Shown here in pieces: positions 1 to 12,029 of a DNA stretch of 64,000 nt. How positions within the stretch are numbered: the stretch's first letter is position 1; each line of letters starts with the position of its first letter. Both the position numbers and the translations under genes were made by a program. The notes under the pieces were generated by a model that saw only the letters and a program-made list of their open reading frames with translations, was not told the DNA's origin and made no database searches. This DNA is from the human T2T-CHM13v2.0 reference genome, Homo sapiens, in NCBI RefSeq assembly GCF_009914755.1, contig NC_060926.1; one strand, given 5' to 3'.

Positions 1-129
1 AACAGTAAATGCATTAATAAAAATATTTAAAAAGAGGCATAACTTTTTCCATTCAAGACAAAAATTCGTATGCCTTATACTTATAAGATATAATTTTAAA
101 TAAATAGTGTCAAACTTTACATAGATACG

Positions 130-130
<1 letters not shown>

Positions 131-174
<44 letters not shown>
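131..174 (+). repeat. (AGAT)11 tetranucleotide microsatellite
   Basis: Perfect AGAT x11, preceded by ATAGATACGT. Confidence 0.95.
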
Positions 175-177
<3 letters not shown>

Positions 178-229
178 CACAGATATTAAGCTATATAGGG
201 TACTTTATACATGCCTAAGATCATCAAAA

Positions 230-335
230 TAACCCTGCAGATTAGACAGGGAAGATTTTATGAGTTCTGTTTTATAAAATGGGAAAAACTTTTACAGAGA
301 GTCAATGACTCACCAAGGTCATATAGTTAGTTAAT
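230..335 (-). mobile_element. MIR SINE fragment
   Basis: ttttataaaatgggaaaaact...caatgactcaccaaggtcatatagttagt resembles the antisense MIR core. Confidence 0.55.
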
Positions 336-444
336 AAAATTGTACTTACATGTGTAAGCACACAGGTTTTTCATTCTAATATATCTTTGATAGGAATCCT
401 TTCTCAGTCCCTTTCTATTAATAGCTGAGAGATGTTCTAATGGA

Positions 445-585
445 AACTCCCTGAGTTTCACTTTCTTCGTATCTAAAGTGAGACTGCTTTCTAATATATA
501 AATTTTGGTGAAGATGAAATGAGATAAGAAATATAAAGTTTCCAATACAGTATCTGGCACATAATGAGAGCTCAATAAATGCAGA
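445..585 (+). mobile_element. MIR SINE 3' fragment
   Basis: ...atacagtatctggcacataatgagagctcaataaatg matches the MIR 3' end. Confidence 0.65.
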
Positions 586-1506
586 TATTTTGGTTTATTG
601 TTTCTGCATAACAAAACACCCAAGATTCAGTAGCTTATAACAACGAAAATCATTTATTATCCCTTGAGAGTCTATGACCTGACAGTGTTCGATTAGATGC
701 TTCTGCCACAGGCTTGCTGAGCTTTGGCTGGTGGACAATCTAAAATGGCTTGCTCACGTGACTGACAGTTAAGGCTGGTGTGTTAGCGTGGAGCTCAGCT
801 GGAGCTGTAGCCAGATCACTTCGGTTTTACTCTATCTTTTTTTTTTTTTTTAATACTTTAAGTTTTAGGGTACATGTGCACAATGTGCAGGTTAGTTACA
901 TATGTATACATGTGCCATGCTGGTGTGCTGCACCCATTAACTCGTCATTTAGCATTAGGTATATCTCCTAATGCTATCCCTCCCCCCTACCCCCACCCCA
1001 CAACAGTCCCCAGAGTGTGATGTTCCCCTTCCTGTGTCCATGTGTTCTTACTGTTCAATTCCCACCTATGAGTGAGAACATGCGGTGTTTGGTTTTTTGT
1101 CCTTGCGATAGTTTACTGAGAATGATGATTTCCAATTTCATCCATGTCCCTACAAAGGACATGAACTCATCATTTTTTATGGCTGCATAGTATTCCATGG
1201 TGTATATGTGCCACATTTTCTTAACCCAGCCTTTCATTGCTACAATATCCAAAATCTACTCTATCTTGTCTCTATGTGGTGAGCTTCTCTCAACATGGTC
1301 AAAGAGAGAGTATTCCCACTGCACAAAAGCAGAAGCTGATGATCTCTTCAGGCTCAGTCCTTGAAACTATATAGAATCATTTTCTTCATATTCTGTTGAT
1401 CAAATAAAGGTATAAATTCAGCCTAGATTTAGGAGGAAAAGGAATAAGTTATACCTTCCATGAAGAGGTGTGGCAAAGAATTTATAGGTACTTTTAATCT
1501 ACCATA
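586..1506 (-). mobile_element. Old MaLR LTR (MLT1F/H-like), split by an L1PA3 insertion
   Basis: tgcataacaaaacacccaagattcagtagcttataacaac at the left; tgtggcaaagaattt...tttaatctacca at the right; sequence resumes across the L1 TSD. Confidence 0.65.
839..1256 (-). mobile_element. 5'-truncated L1PA3-like LINE-1 (end of ORF2 + 3'UTR + poly-A), 11-bp TSD TACTCTATCTT (828-838 / 1257-1267)
   Basis: Poly-T head; 3'UTR reads AAATGACGAGTTAATGGGTGCAGCACACC...CACATTGTG...CTTAAAG on minus (not the L1HS ACA/G diagnostics); ORF 1055-1252 ends KKMWHIYTMEYYAAIKNDEFMSF...SLIGGN, the ORF2p C-terminus. Confidence 0.92.
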
Positions 1507-1565
1507 GCCCTCTCTATGACCAAAAATTATTTACATTCTTTCCACAGGCAAAAATACACACACCC

Positions 1566-2037
1566 TGTGTCAGTTTTCTAGGGCTGACATATCAAACTGC
1601 CTCCAAATGGGTGACTTAAAGCAAATATTTACTGTCTCTCAGTTTCAAAGGCAGAAGTGAGAAGTCAAGACGTCCACAGGGCCATGCTCCCTTGGAAACC
1701 TGGAGAGGAGCATACCTTCTGTCCTTTTCTAAATTTTGAGTTTGTCCGAAATCCTGGGTGTTTCTTGGCTTGTAGGTGTTTCATTCCAATCTCTGTTGCT
1801 ATAATCACATGGCCGTCTTCTCTGTGTGTCTCCTTTTTTCTTAAAAGCATATCAGTCCCACTGGATTAAGGGTTCACCCACCCTACTCCTTATGACCTTA
1901 TCTCCTTATAAGCTCCTATTACCTTATCTTAACTAATTACATTTACAATGACCTTATTTCCAAATAAGGTCACATTTTGAGGTATTAGTGGCCAGGGCTT
2001 TAACACATGTTTTAGGGAACACAATTCAACTAAAGCA
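1566..2037 (-). mobile_element. MLT1B/C solo LTR
   Basis: tgtgtcagttttctagggctg...gggccatgctccct...ccttatttccaaataaggtcacatt...acacaattcaac. Confidence 0.8.
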
Positions 2038-2107
2038 TATCATCTCCCAATTCCCTCCAAAGTCTGATTTCATTACAATATCAGACTCTGGCTCAGCATC
2101 AAGTATT

Positions 2108-2187
2108 TATATATATATACACATATATATAAAATATTATATTATATTATATTATATTATATTATATTATATTATATTATATTATAT
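2108..2187. repeat. (TA)n plus (ATATT)n microsatellite
   Basis: Direct reading; about 11 pentamer units at 2133-2187. Confidence 0.9.
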
Positions 2188-2289
2188 AAATACAGTCCAG
2201 AATTTCTTGGTTCATATTCTTAGGTGCCACTCCATGAATATAGTTATTTTCATTTGGAAGACATGGAAACTAAATGGATGAGTTATTCC

Positions 2290-2769
2290 ACCTCAGGACA
2301 GCAATCCAGATGACTTTGACTAACCCAGTTCTCCCTCATTTCTTGCCTATAGTTCTCAAGAATAACTGTAGAATATGCTGGTAATGCGATATGCTGAGAT
2401 AACAGAGTTATCTCTTATTAGGTTTTGTTCCAGTCACTCACTTCCCATCAGCAACAGGATGTCATCCTTCAATGCTTTAGCTCATTGAGCAACGTGACCC
2501 TGAGGTATGTAACCCAAAAAGAAAAGTTTATTTTCCAGGTTCATCATCTGTGGTGCAGGAGGGGCACATGCAGTCAAGACCCTATCTGCCCCAGGCAGCT
2601 TTCTGTGTCTTGGTGGACAAGCTCACCATAAATCTTAGGCTTCTGTTGTCCCTTGCTGTCTATCTGTAAATAATAAATCCATTTTATGCCACTTGCTGCA
2701 TATAACTGGGTGGTATCTCACTGGACTCAGATGAGTTGGTAACCAGTGCACTGTTGACCTGCTTCACCA
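2290..2769 (+). mobile_element. ERVL-class solo LTR (LTR47-like)
   Basis: gttctcaagaataactgtagaat...ggcttctgttgtcccttgctg...AATAAA...ttggtaaccagtgcac...cctgcttca; family from memory. Confidence 0.6.
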
Positions 2770-4019
2770 CACACCCCTCAACAGACACAGCACACAGATA
2801 AAATGAAGTTAGGATTATTACAGTAAACACTCCTGTTAAAATAAGAGGAAATGAGAGGCACAGGACAGTCACCGGTTCACATCAGTTGTGGTATCCAATT
2901 GGATAGTTTCTATCAATTCCTCCTGCTCTGGGGGAAGGAAATGTTCCATATTAACGCTGTTTTGTTCACTAATAGCTTTTCTCTCTTGCTCACGGCTCTA
3001 ATCTTCTGAGTCATGTTTGTAACCAGGTTTCTCAGCCTTCTTCCTTTATTTTGAAATTTTTTCTGTCACTGTTCATCCAAGCTGGTACAATCCCTTTAAA
3101 AACTTTGTGGGTTTTCTATGCACAAACTTACAAACCACTCCATTAGGCAAAGCCACACCTACAAAAATCCCCTTCAAATCATGCTCAAGTCTAGTTTTGG
3201 ATGTGAGTCAGAATACTACGGGAAGATGTTGCCAAGAGTCTTAGAGGCCTTTTTGTTTAGCTGAAAGGGACTAAGAGGCTTTGCTGTAAATATTGCTAAA
3301 AACTTAAAGGCACCCTGGATTTGATCCTGATCTTGGGCCACATTTTACTGACACTGCCCTGAAATGGACCCTTGTCCTGGGGCATTTTTTTACATTGAGT
3401 AACTTGGTGGCTAGAGATATAGTCCTGAGCCCTCTATAGTTCTTTTATAGTCTGCCTGAAAATTATGTAATGTTTTCTTGTGCTTATCAGAGGTAGCTTT
3501 AAAAATCCAGTTGTGACTTTCAAGATTCTGCCTCAGAATCTTCTTAACCAGATCCAAAGTTGGTTAGGTACATTTTCTATCCTCCCCATGGGAATATAAA
3601 ATATTTTTTCATCAGTATATAACTATTTCATTATGCAAAGATAATAGAAAAGTAAAATAATTATCTATTTAGCATGTTATTATGGGAAAATAATGGTTTT
3701 GTAGTTAATCTAATGTCCATTTTTTAAATAAAGCATGTCTAGTAAGATTCCTCCTCATCTACAAACTGATGTGTAATCTGGATCATTTTCTTTAAATTAT
3801 CCTTAACTTGTTTAAAAATAAATTTGGAGCTAGTGATTTAATGAGGTACTTTATAATATTTATTCCAAATCTACAGTTATGATTTTGGTGGTCTATAATA
3901 ATATAATTGGATATTTTTAATTTCAATCCCAAAGAAATTACATATATATTGTTAAGGTTTGGGTATGACATTCCCTCAACATATACTTTTAAAATAATGA
4001 TGATAATGATAGTAACAAT

Positions 4020-4280
4020 AATAATAATAATTGACATAAGACAAGTGCATACTATGCTCCAGACACTGTTCCTTGCTCTTTGCCCTAATTAATACATTTA
4101 ATCTTCAATACAACCTAAGAGGTAGGTAGTCACTATTATTATCCTCTGCATTTTACTGATAAGAAAACTGAGGCACAGGAAGTTTAAGTAATTTGTTCAA
4201 GGTCACACAAATAAGAAAAAGCAAGTCAGGATTTTAACACAGATAATTTAGGTACAGCATTCACAATTGTAACTACTAGT
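4020..4280 (-). mobile_element. MIR SINE
   Basis: cattttactgataagaaaactgaggcacaggaagtttaagtaatttgttcaaggtcacac. Confidence 0.8.
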
Positions 4281-4281
4281 A

Positions 4282-4570
4282 TTGAATGAACTTTATATGC
4301 TAGCAAGCACTTTGCCAAAATTAGTAATGCAAAAGAATGATTAAACAGATCCTCAACTCCCTAGGTGTTTACATTCAGAAAGAGGTTGAATACATGATGC
4401 CAATTAAAATTCAGTATCATGCTTGAGAAAATAAAGGTAGGTATACACAGAGTTACAAGAGTGAGGAAAAGATATGCCAAACTCTGCTGGAAGAATGAGC
4501 TGGAGTTTGGGATTCAGATAAATTTTATGTTAAATAAATTATGTTTGAATTCAGTCTTAAAGAATACGTA
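4282..4570 (-). mobile_element. L2 LINE 3' fragment
   Basis: Degenerate antisense L2 3' end (tatatgctagcaagcact...gtttacattcag...ttgaattcagtcttaaag). Confidence 0.45.
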
Positions 4571-7500
4571 GAAATCACAAGGCCCACAGAGGTAATGAGA
4601 ACATCTCAACCAAAAATATGTGAAGCACATACTAACAATGCTATTTCAAGAGTGAAATATTAAGAATCACCAAATATCAATGAGCATGCATCCATTCAAA
4701 AGCAGTTTAAGTAACAAATTTAAATTATGACCCCAAGCCTAAGAAACTCCATTAAAAATAGATATGTTCAGTAATTTTTTTTAAAAGGCAGGATGTAAAA
4801 TTTTATATTCATTGATTATGAAATAAAAAACAATTTCATGGGAAAACAGAATGGAAAGAATCATAAAGTGTAGTGAGTAAGGGAATTAATTTGCTTTTTT
4901 GTTTAAAAATGTAATATTGTAATGAGATTTACAAGGCAAAATATGCATGCTATAAAAATAGTAACAGGCATGGAGAAAGACAGTTATATTCCTCTCTTAA
5001 AAGGCAATGCTTCTCATTTATTGCAGTATATATAAACTTAAAATATCAAGGATATTAAATGCTGTTATAAAACAAAAGTTTCACAGATGGTGTGATGATG
5101 TGGATGACTAGAAGAAAAGATTATCACAGAAAGTTATAAATAGACTCCATGTTATAAAAATATAGTATACAATAAATGAAGCATCACAAAATAATGTGAC
5201 AAAACAGGATTTCTGTAAAATAAATGAAAGCCAAGGGAAAGATGACTTTATACACATGTGTTAAATCATATTTACATTACCTTTTATAAGAAGCAGTGGA
5301 TATACATAAAATTAATTCGTTAGAATATTAGAGATTATAGAAGCTAGTGTGAACAGAAATAGTATGTGACTATTTTCCTAGAGGGATCAAGATAAACTCA
5401 GGTTATTGTTGTCAAATCAATTATACACCTCACAAGCTTTGAATTTATTCTAATATCTAGGACATATAAATTTAAAAGTGTATGTCTGAGGCTTGTTCTT
5501 TGTATTATTAGTCCATTCTCACACTGCTATAAAGATACTATCCAAAACTGGATAATTTATAAACAAAGGAGCTTTATTTGATGCATAGTTCCAGAGGCTA
5601 AACAGGAAGCATGGCTAGGAGGCCTCAAGAAACTTGCAATCATGGTGGAAGGCAAGCAGGAAGCAGGCACCTTCTTCACAAGGTGTTTAGAAGGAGTGTG
5701 TGTAAGAACAAGGAAATGCCACACTTTAAAAAAATCAGGTCTCATAAGAACTCACTCAGTATCATGAAAGAGCATGGGGGAAACTGTCCCCCATGATTCA
5801 ATCACCTCCCACTGGGCACCTCCTGGGACACATAAGGATTATGGGGATTACAATTCAAGATGAGATTTGAATGGGGAAACAGCCAAATCATATCATTCCA
5901 CACCTGGCCCTTCCCAAATCTCATGTCCTCACATTTCAAAACAAAATTGTTTCTTCCTAATAGTCCCCCAAAGTCTTAACTCAGTCCAGCATTAATCCAA
6001 AAGTCCAAGTCCAAAGTCTCGTCTGAGACAAGGCAAGCCCCTTCCACCTAGAAGCCTGTAAAATAAAAAGCAAGTTAGTTACTTCTAAGATACAACGCGG
6101 GTACAGGCATTGAATAAATGCTCCCATTCCAAATGGGAGAAATTGGCCAAAACAAAGGGACTACAGGCCCTATGCAAGTTGAAAATCCAGCAGGGCCATC
6201 ATTAAATCTTAAAGCTCCAAAATAATCTCCTTTGACTCCATGCCTCACATCCAGGGCACAGTGATGCAAGGGATGGGGTCCCAAGGCGTTGGGCAGCCCC
6301 TTCACTGGCTGGCATTGAGTGCCTGAGGCTTTTCCATATGCAGAGGACAAGCTGTCGATGGATCTACCATTCTGGGGACTGGAGGACAGTTGCCTTCTTT
6401 TCACAGCTCCACTACGCAGTGCCCCAGTGGGGACTCTGTGTGGGGGCCACGCCCCACACTTTCCTTTCACACTGTCCTAGCAGAGTTTCTCCATGAGGGC
6501 TCCACCCATGAAGCAGACTTCTGCCTGGACATCCAGGCATTTCCATACATCCTCTGAAATCTAGGCAGAGGTTCCCAAACCTCAGTTCTTGACTTTTGTG
6601 CACCTGCAGGTCCAACACCATGGGGAGACCAGAAAGGCTTGCAGCTTGCACCCTCTGAAACAACAATCTGAGCTGTACCTTGACCCCTTTTAGTTATGGC
6701 TGGGACACAGGGTGCCAAACCCTAAGGCTGCACAGAGCAGCACTGGGGCCCTGGGCCCAGCCCATGAAACCATTTTTTCCCTGCTAGGTTCTGGGTCTGT
6801 GATGAGAGGGGCTGTCTTGAAGGTCTCTGACATGCCCTGGAGACACAGACACCTTCCCCATTGTCTTGGTGATTAACAGTGGGGTGCTAATGACTTATGC
6901 AAATTTCTGCAGCTGACTTGAAGAAAACGGGTTTTTCTTTTCTACCATATGGTGAGGCTGCAAATTTTCCAAACCTTTATGCTCTGCTTCCCTTAAAAAC
7001 ATAAGTTCCAAGTTCAAGCCAACTCTTTGTAAATGCATATAACTGAATGTTTTTCAGAGCACCCAGGTCAAATTTTGAATGCTTTCCTGCTTAGAATTTT
7101 TTTTCTGCCAGATACCCTAAATCCTCTCTCAGGTTCAAAGTTCCACAGATCTCTAGGGCAGGGGCAAAATGCTGCCAGTATCTTTGCTAAAGCATAGCAT
7201 ATATTACCTTTACTCCAGCTCTCAATAAGTTCCCCATGAAGTTTGCCTTAGTCTGCACTTCATTGTTCACATCACTATCAGCATTTTGGTCAAAACTATT
7301 CAACCTGTCTCTAGGAAGCACCAAACTTTCCTACATCTTCCTATCTTCTTCTGAGCCCTCCAAACTGTTCCAACCTCTGCTTGTTACCCAGTTCCAAAGT
7401 CACTTCCACATTCTTAAGTATCTTTATAACAGTGCCCCACTACCTCAGTACCAATTTACTGTATTAGTCCATTCTCACATTGCAATAAAGATATTCCCCA

Positions 7501-7797
7501 AAATATAAACAAAGAAGGTTTAATTGACTCACACTTCCACAGGCTTAACAGGAAGCATGGCTAGGAGGCCTCAGGAAACTCACAATCATGGTGGAAGGTG
7601 AAGGGGAAGCAGACACCTTCTTCACCAGGGAGTAACAGGGAGTGTGTCCAGGAATGAGGAAGTACCACACATTAAAATCATCACCTCTTTTGGGAACTCA
7701 CTATCATAGGAACAGCATGAAGGAAACTGCCACCATGATCCAATCACCTCCCACCAGATCCCTCCCTGGATACGTGGGGATTATGGGCATTATAATT

Positions 7798-8241
7798 TGT
7801 ATTAGGGTTCTCTAGAGGGGCAGAACTAATAGGGTAGGTATATATACAAAAGGGAGTTTATTAAGTAGTATTAACTCATACAATCACAAGGTCCCACAAT
7901 AGGTCATCTACAAGTTGAGGAGCAAGGAAGCCACTCTGAGTTCCAAAGCTGAAGAACTTGAAGTCTGATGTTTGAGGGCAGGAAGCATCCAGCATGAAAG
8001 AAAGATGTAGGCTGGGAGGCTAAGCCAGTCTAGCCTTTTCACGTTTTCCTGCCTGCTTTACATCCTGGCCATGCTGGCAGCTAATTAGATGGTGCTAACC
8101 CAGATTCAGTGTCAGTCTGCCTTTCCCAGTCCACTGACTCAAATGTTAATCTCCTTTGGCAACACCCTCATAGACAAACCCAAGATCAATAATTTGCATC
8201 TTTCAATCCAATCAAGTTGACACTCAGTATTAACCATCACA
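7798..8241 (-). mobile_element. MLT2A1-type 3' LTR of HERV-L (444 bp); poly(A) signal AATAAA at 7857-7862 on minus
   Basis: TGTGATGGTTAATACTGAGTGTCAACTTGATTGGATTG...GAGAACCCTAATACA on minus; PPT-like CAGGGGGTGGACT immediately upstream (8242-8254). Confidence 0.88.
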
Positions 8242-8699
8242 AGTCCACCCCCTGTCAACTTGAACCCATACACATCTCCTGAGATCATACTTAATCTTCA
8301 AATAAAGACAATAATAAGGTCATAATTATGCCTAACATAATACAACTAACCTTCATACAACCAGAAATGCACCAATCCCCCACCCAAATGCTATTACATA
8401 AACTTAATAACACTTAAATGCTGATAGGAAGTCAATAAATCTTATGTCACATGATAAAGGAAGATATTTTCTTAGTACAAGTGTATACCTGCACAAACAT
8501 GTTTTTAACAAAAGGAGGAGGAAATACTCATGACAATTACAGTCCCAATTTCTGCAACTGATCACATGGTCATAGCTGGTATCGATAACTAACTTCTTCT
8601 ACGATGCACTGTGTGTTCCCTTTGCCTTCAGCAAGCACCTCAGCAGGTCATGGCTTTTTTGTTGTTGTTGTTGTTCCTGGTGGAGTGACGCAAACCTTC

Positions 8700-9100
8700 A
8701 TTCCTGAAGGGTCCTCACCATTTGTAATTCTGCCTGGATTGGGCTGTTGTAGTTTCCCGTTGACATTAATCACAGGGCATGGTAATACTAAGAGATGCCC
8801 TAATGGATCTCCTATATTTAATGCATACTCTTCCTTACCTCCATTGTGGAGTAGTAGGCTGATTTCATTTTGATAGTCCAGGTCAATCACCCCAGCCAAC
8901 ACTATAACTCCCTTCTTAGCCTGTTGACTTAAAGGTAGGAGGAGCCCAAAGTGTCCAGGTGGCAACCTTAACTTCCAGTTTAATGGAATCATTGCTGTGT
9001 GTCCTGGTGGCAGCATTCCTCCCTCTGGAACTAAGACCTCTAGGTCCAAAGAATGTAATGTTGAAGGAACAGGAAGCAAAAATTTTGCTAGTGGATCAGT
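8700..9100 (-). pseudogene. dut: HERV-L dUTPase remnant (inside open frame 8648-9289)
   Basis: LNWKLRLPPGHFGLLLPLSQQAKKGVIVLAGVIDLDYQNEISLLLHN...GDPLGHLLVLP; motif 3 GVIDxDY; position after integrase is diagnostic of ERV-L. Confidence 0.85.
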
Positions 9101-11990
9101 AGGGGTGATGATGAGTGGTGTCACTTCCACTTCCACCTCTTGATTATTCCTGGATCTGTGAATCCTGGCTATGGGAGAAATAGTACCATATACTGGAGGC
9201 TGATCCAGAGCATGCCTGGCCTTCTGGAGAACTTTGTCCCAGCCCTGCAAAGTATTATCACCAAGTTGGCATTGTAATTGTGGCTTCAAAATGCCATTCC
9301 ACTTTTCTACAATCCAGCTGCTTCAGGATAATGAGGAACATGGTAAGACCAGTGAATTTCATGAGCATGAGCCCACTGCCGCACTTTTTTAGCCATAAAG
9401 TGAGTGCCTTGGTCAGATGCAATGCTGTGTGGAATACCATGATGGTGGATGAAACATTCTGAGTCCACAGATGGTAGTCATGGCAGAAGCATCGTGTGCA
9501 GGATAGGCAAACCCATATCCGGAGTAACTGTCTATTCCAGTGAGGACAAAGCTCTGCCCTTTCCACGATGGCAGAGGTCCCATATAATTACCCTGCCACC
9601 AGATAGCTGGCTGATTACCCCAAGGAATGGTGCCATAACGAGGGCTCAGTGTTCGTCTCTGCTGCTGACAAATTGGGTGCTCAGCAGTGGCTGTAGCCAG
9701 GTTAGCCTTGATGAGTGGAAGTCCATGTTGCTGAGCTCATGTGTAACCTCCATTCCTGCCACCATGGCCACTTTGTTCATGGGCCATTTGAGTGATGACG
9801 GGGTGGCTGAGGAAAGAGGCTAAGTGGTGTCCACAGAACGGGTCATTCTATTCACTTGATCATTAAAACACTTCTCTGCTGAGATCAAACATTGGTGTGC
9901 ACTCACATTAAGATACAAATATTTACAGTTTTTGACCACTCAGAAAGGTCCATCTACATACCTCTTCCCCAGATTTCGTAGTCACCAATTTTCCAATCAT
10001 GTTTCTTCCAAGTTCCTGACCATCCAGCTAAACCATTAGCTACAGCCTATGAATGAGTATATAATTGCACAACTGGCCATTTCTCCTTCCATGCAAACTG
10101 CACAGCCAGGTGCACTGCTTAAAGATCTGCCCACTGGGAAGATTTCCCCTCACCACTCTCCTTCAGGGATGTCCTAGAAAGAGGCTGTAATGCTGCAGGT
10201 GTCCATTTTTGGGTAGTGCCTGCATATTGTGCAGAACCATCTGTGAACCAGGTCCTAGTCCTCTCTTCTCTGTCAACTAATCTTGGGAACTCCCCATGAG
10301 GCCACCAGTGCAGGCTGGGGGAGAGAAGGCAGGGTGGCAGGAGTGGAGACCATGGGCATTTGAGCCACTTCCTCATGTAACTTCAGGACCTGCTCAAACC
10401 CGATCACATATATACCACTTCCATTTAATGCTGCTGGAATGCTGGAATGCTGCTGTGCATGAGCCACTTTATGGCTAGATGTGTCAGAAAGCAATCAGTT
10501 CATGATAGGCAGTTCAGGTCGCACGGTGACTTGATGACCCATAGTGAAACATTTAGTTTCCACCAAAGCTTAGTAACAGGCCAAGAGTTGTCTCTCAAAG
10601 GAGAGTAGTTATCTACAGAAGACAGCAGAGCCTTGCTCCAAAATCCTAGAGGACTCCACTGTGATTCACCTATAGGTGCCTGCCAGAGGCTCCAAATAGC
10701 ATCCCTATCTGCCACTGACACCTCAAGCACAATTGGATCTGCTGGGTCATATGGCCAAAGCGGCAAAGCAGCTTGCACAGCAGCCTGGACCTGTTGCAGG
10801 GCTTTTCCTGTTCTGGATCCCACTCAAAACTAGCAGCATTTTGGGTCACTCAGTAAATGGGCTGTAGTAACACACCCAAATAAGGAATGTGTTGCCTCCA
10901 AAATCCAGATAGGCCCAGTAGGTGTTGTGCCTCTTTCTTCGTTGTAGGAGGGACCTAATGCAGCAAATTATCCTTCGCCTTAGAAGGAATATCTTGACAG
11001 GCCCCACACCACTGAACCCCTAGAAATTTTACTGCGGTAGAAGGTCCATGAATTTTAGTCGGATTTATTTCTCATCCTCTGGCACACAAATGTCTCACCA
11101 ATAAGTCCAGTGTGTTTGCTACTTCTTGCTCATTGGATCCAATCAGCATAATGTCATAAATGTAATGGATCAGTGTGATATCTTGTGGAAACAAAAAGCA
11201 ATTAAGTTCTCTCCAGATAAGATTAAGACACAAAGCTGGAGAGTTGATATACCCCTGAGGCAGGACAGTAAAGGTATATTGCCAAGGCAAATTGCTTCTG
11301 GTGGGCTTTATGGACAGGAATGGAGAAAAAGGCTTTTGCCAAGTCAATGGCTGCATACCAGGTACCAGGAGATGTGTTGATTTGCTCAAGCCATGAAACC
11401 ACATCTGGTACAGCAGCTGCAATTGGAGTCACCACTTGGTTAAGCTTATGATAATCCACTGTCATTCTCCAAGATCCATTTGTCTTCTGCACAGGCCAAA
11501 TAGGAGAGTTGAATGGGGGTAGAGTGGGAATCCCTATCACTGCATCTTTCAAGTCCTTGATGGTAGCACTAATCTCCACAATCCATCCAGGGATACAATG
11601 TTGTTTTTGATTTACTATCTTTCCAGGTAGAGGCAGCTCTAATGGCTTCAATTTGTCCTTTGCCACCATAATAGCCTTCACCCTACCAGTCAGAGAGCCA
11701 ATGTGGGGGTTCTGCCAGCCACTAAGTATGTCTATGCCAATTATGCATTCTGACACTGGGGAAGTGACCACAGGATGAGTCTGGGGACCCACTGGACCCA
11801 CTATAAGTTGGACCTGAGCTAAAATCATTAATTACCTGACCTCCATAAGCCCCTACTTTAACTGCAGAACCACAATGACATTTTGGGTACCCTGGAATCA
11901 ATGTCAGCTCAGAGCCAGTGTCCAGTAATCTCCAAAATTTCTGATCATTTCCCTATCCCTAATGCACAGTTAATCTGGTAAAAGACCAAA
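9100..11990 (-). pseudogene. pol: HERV-L pro-pol remnant (protease, RT, RNase H, integrase), multiply frameshifted
   Basis: LLDTGSELTLIPG (~11890-11930); [26 protein letters not shown]; [15 protein letters not shown]; LPQGYINSP; catalytic YIDD mutated to YIYD (~11152-11163); RNase H WFTDGSA. Confidence 0.92.
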
Positions 11991-12029
11991 GGTCTTATTG
12001 GGGAAGAATGGGAGAAAGATTAACAGAAT

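Larger units (their letters stand above)
1507..3590 (-). mobile_element. MLT1 internal (MaLR-int) remnant interrupted by two younger LTRs and a microsatellite
   Basis: Directly follows the LTR end (tttacattctttccacaggcaaaaatacac); motifs such as ccagatccaaagttggttaggtacattttctat resemble MLT1-int. Confidence 0.5.

Noticed and set aside
978-999. C-rich run (G-quadruplex on minus strand)
   Set aside because: Standard feature of the L1 3'UTR
6075-6718. ORFs in the THE1 internal region
   Set aside because: Broken pieces of the known MaLR internal ORF, not an intact gene
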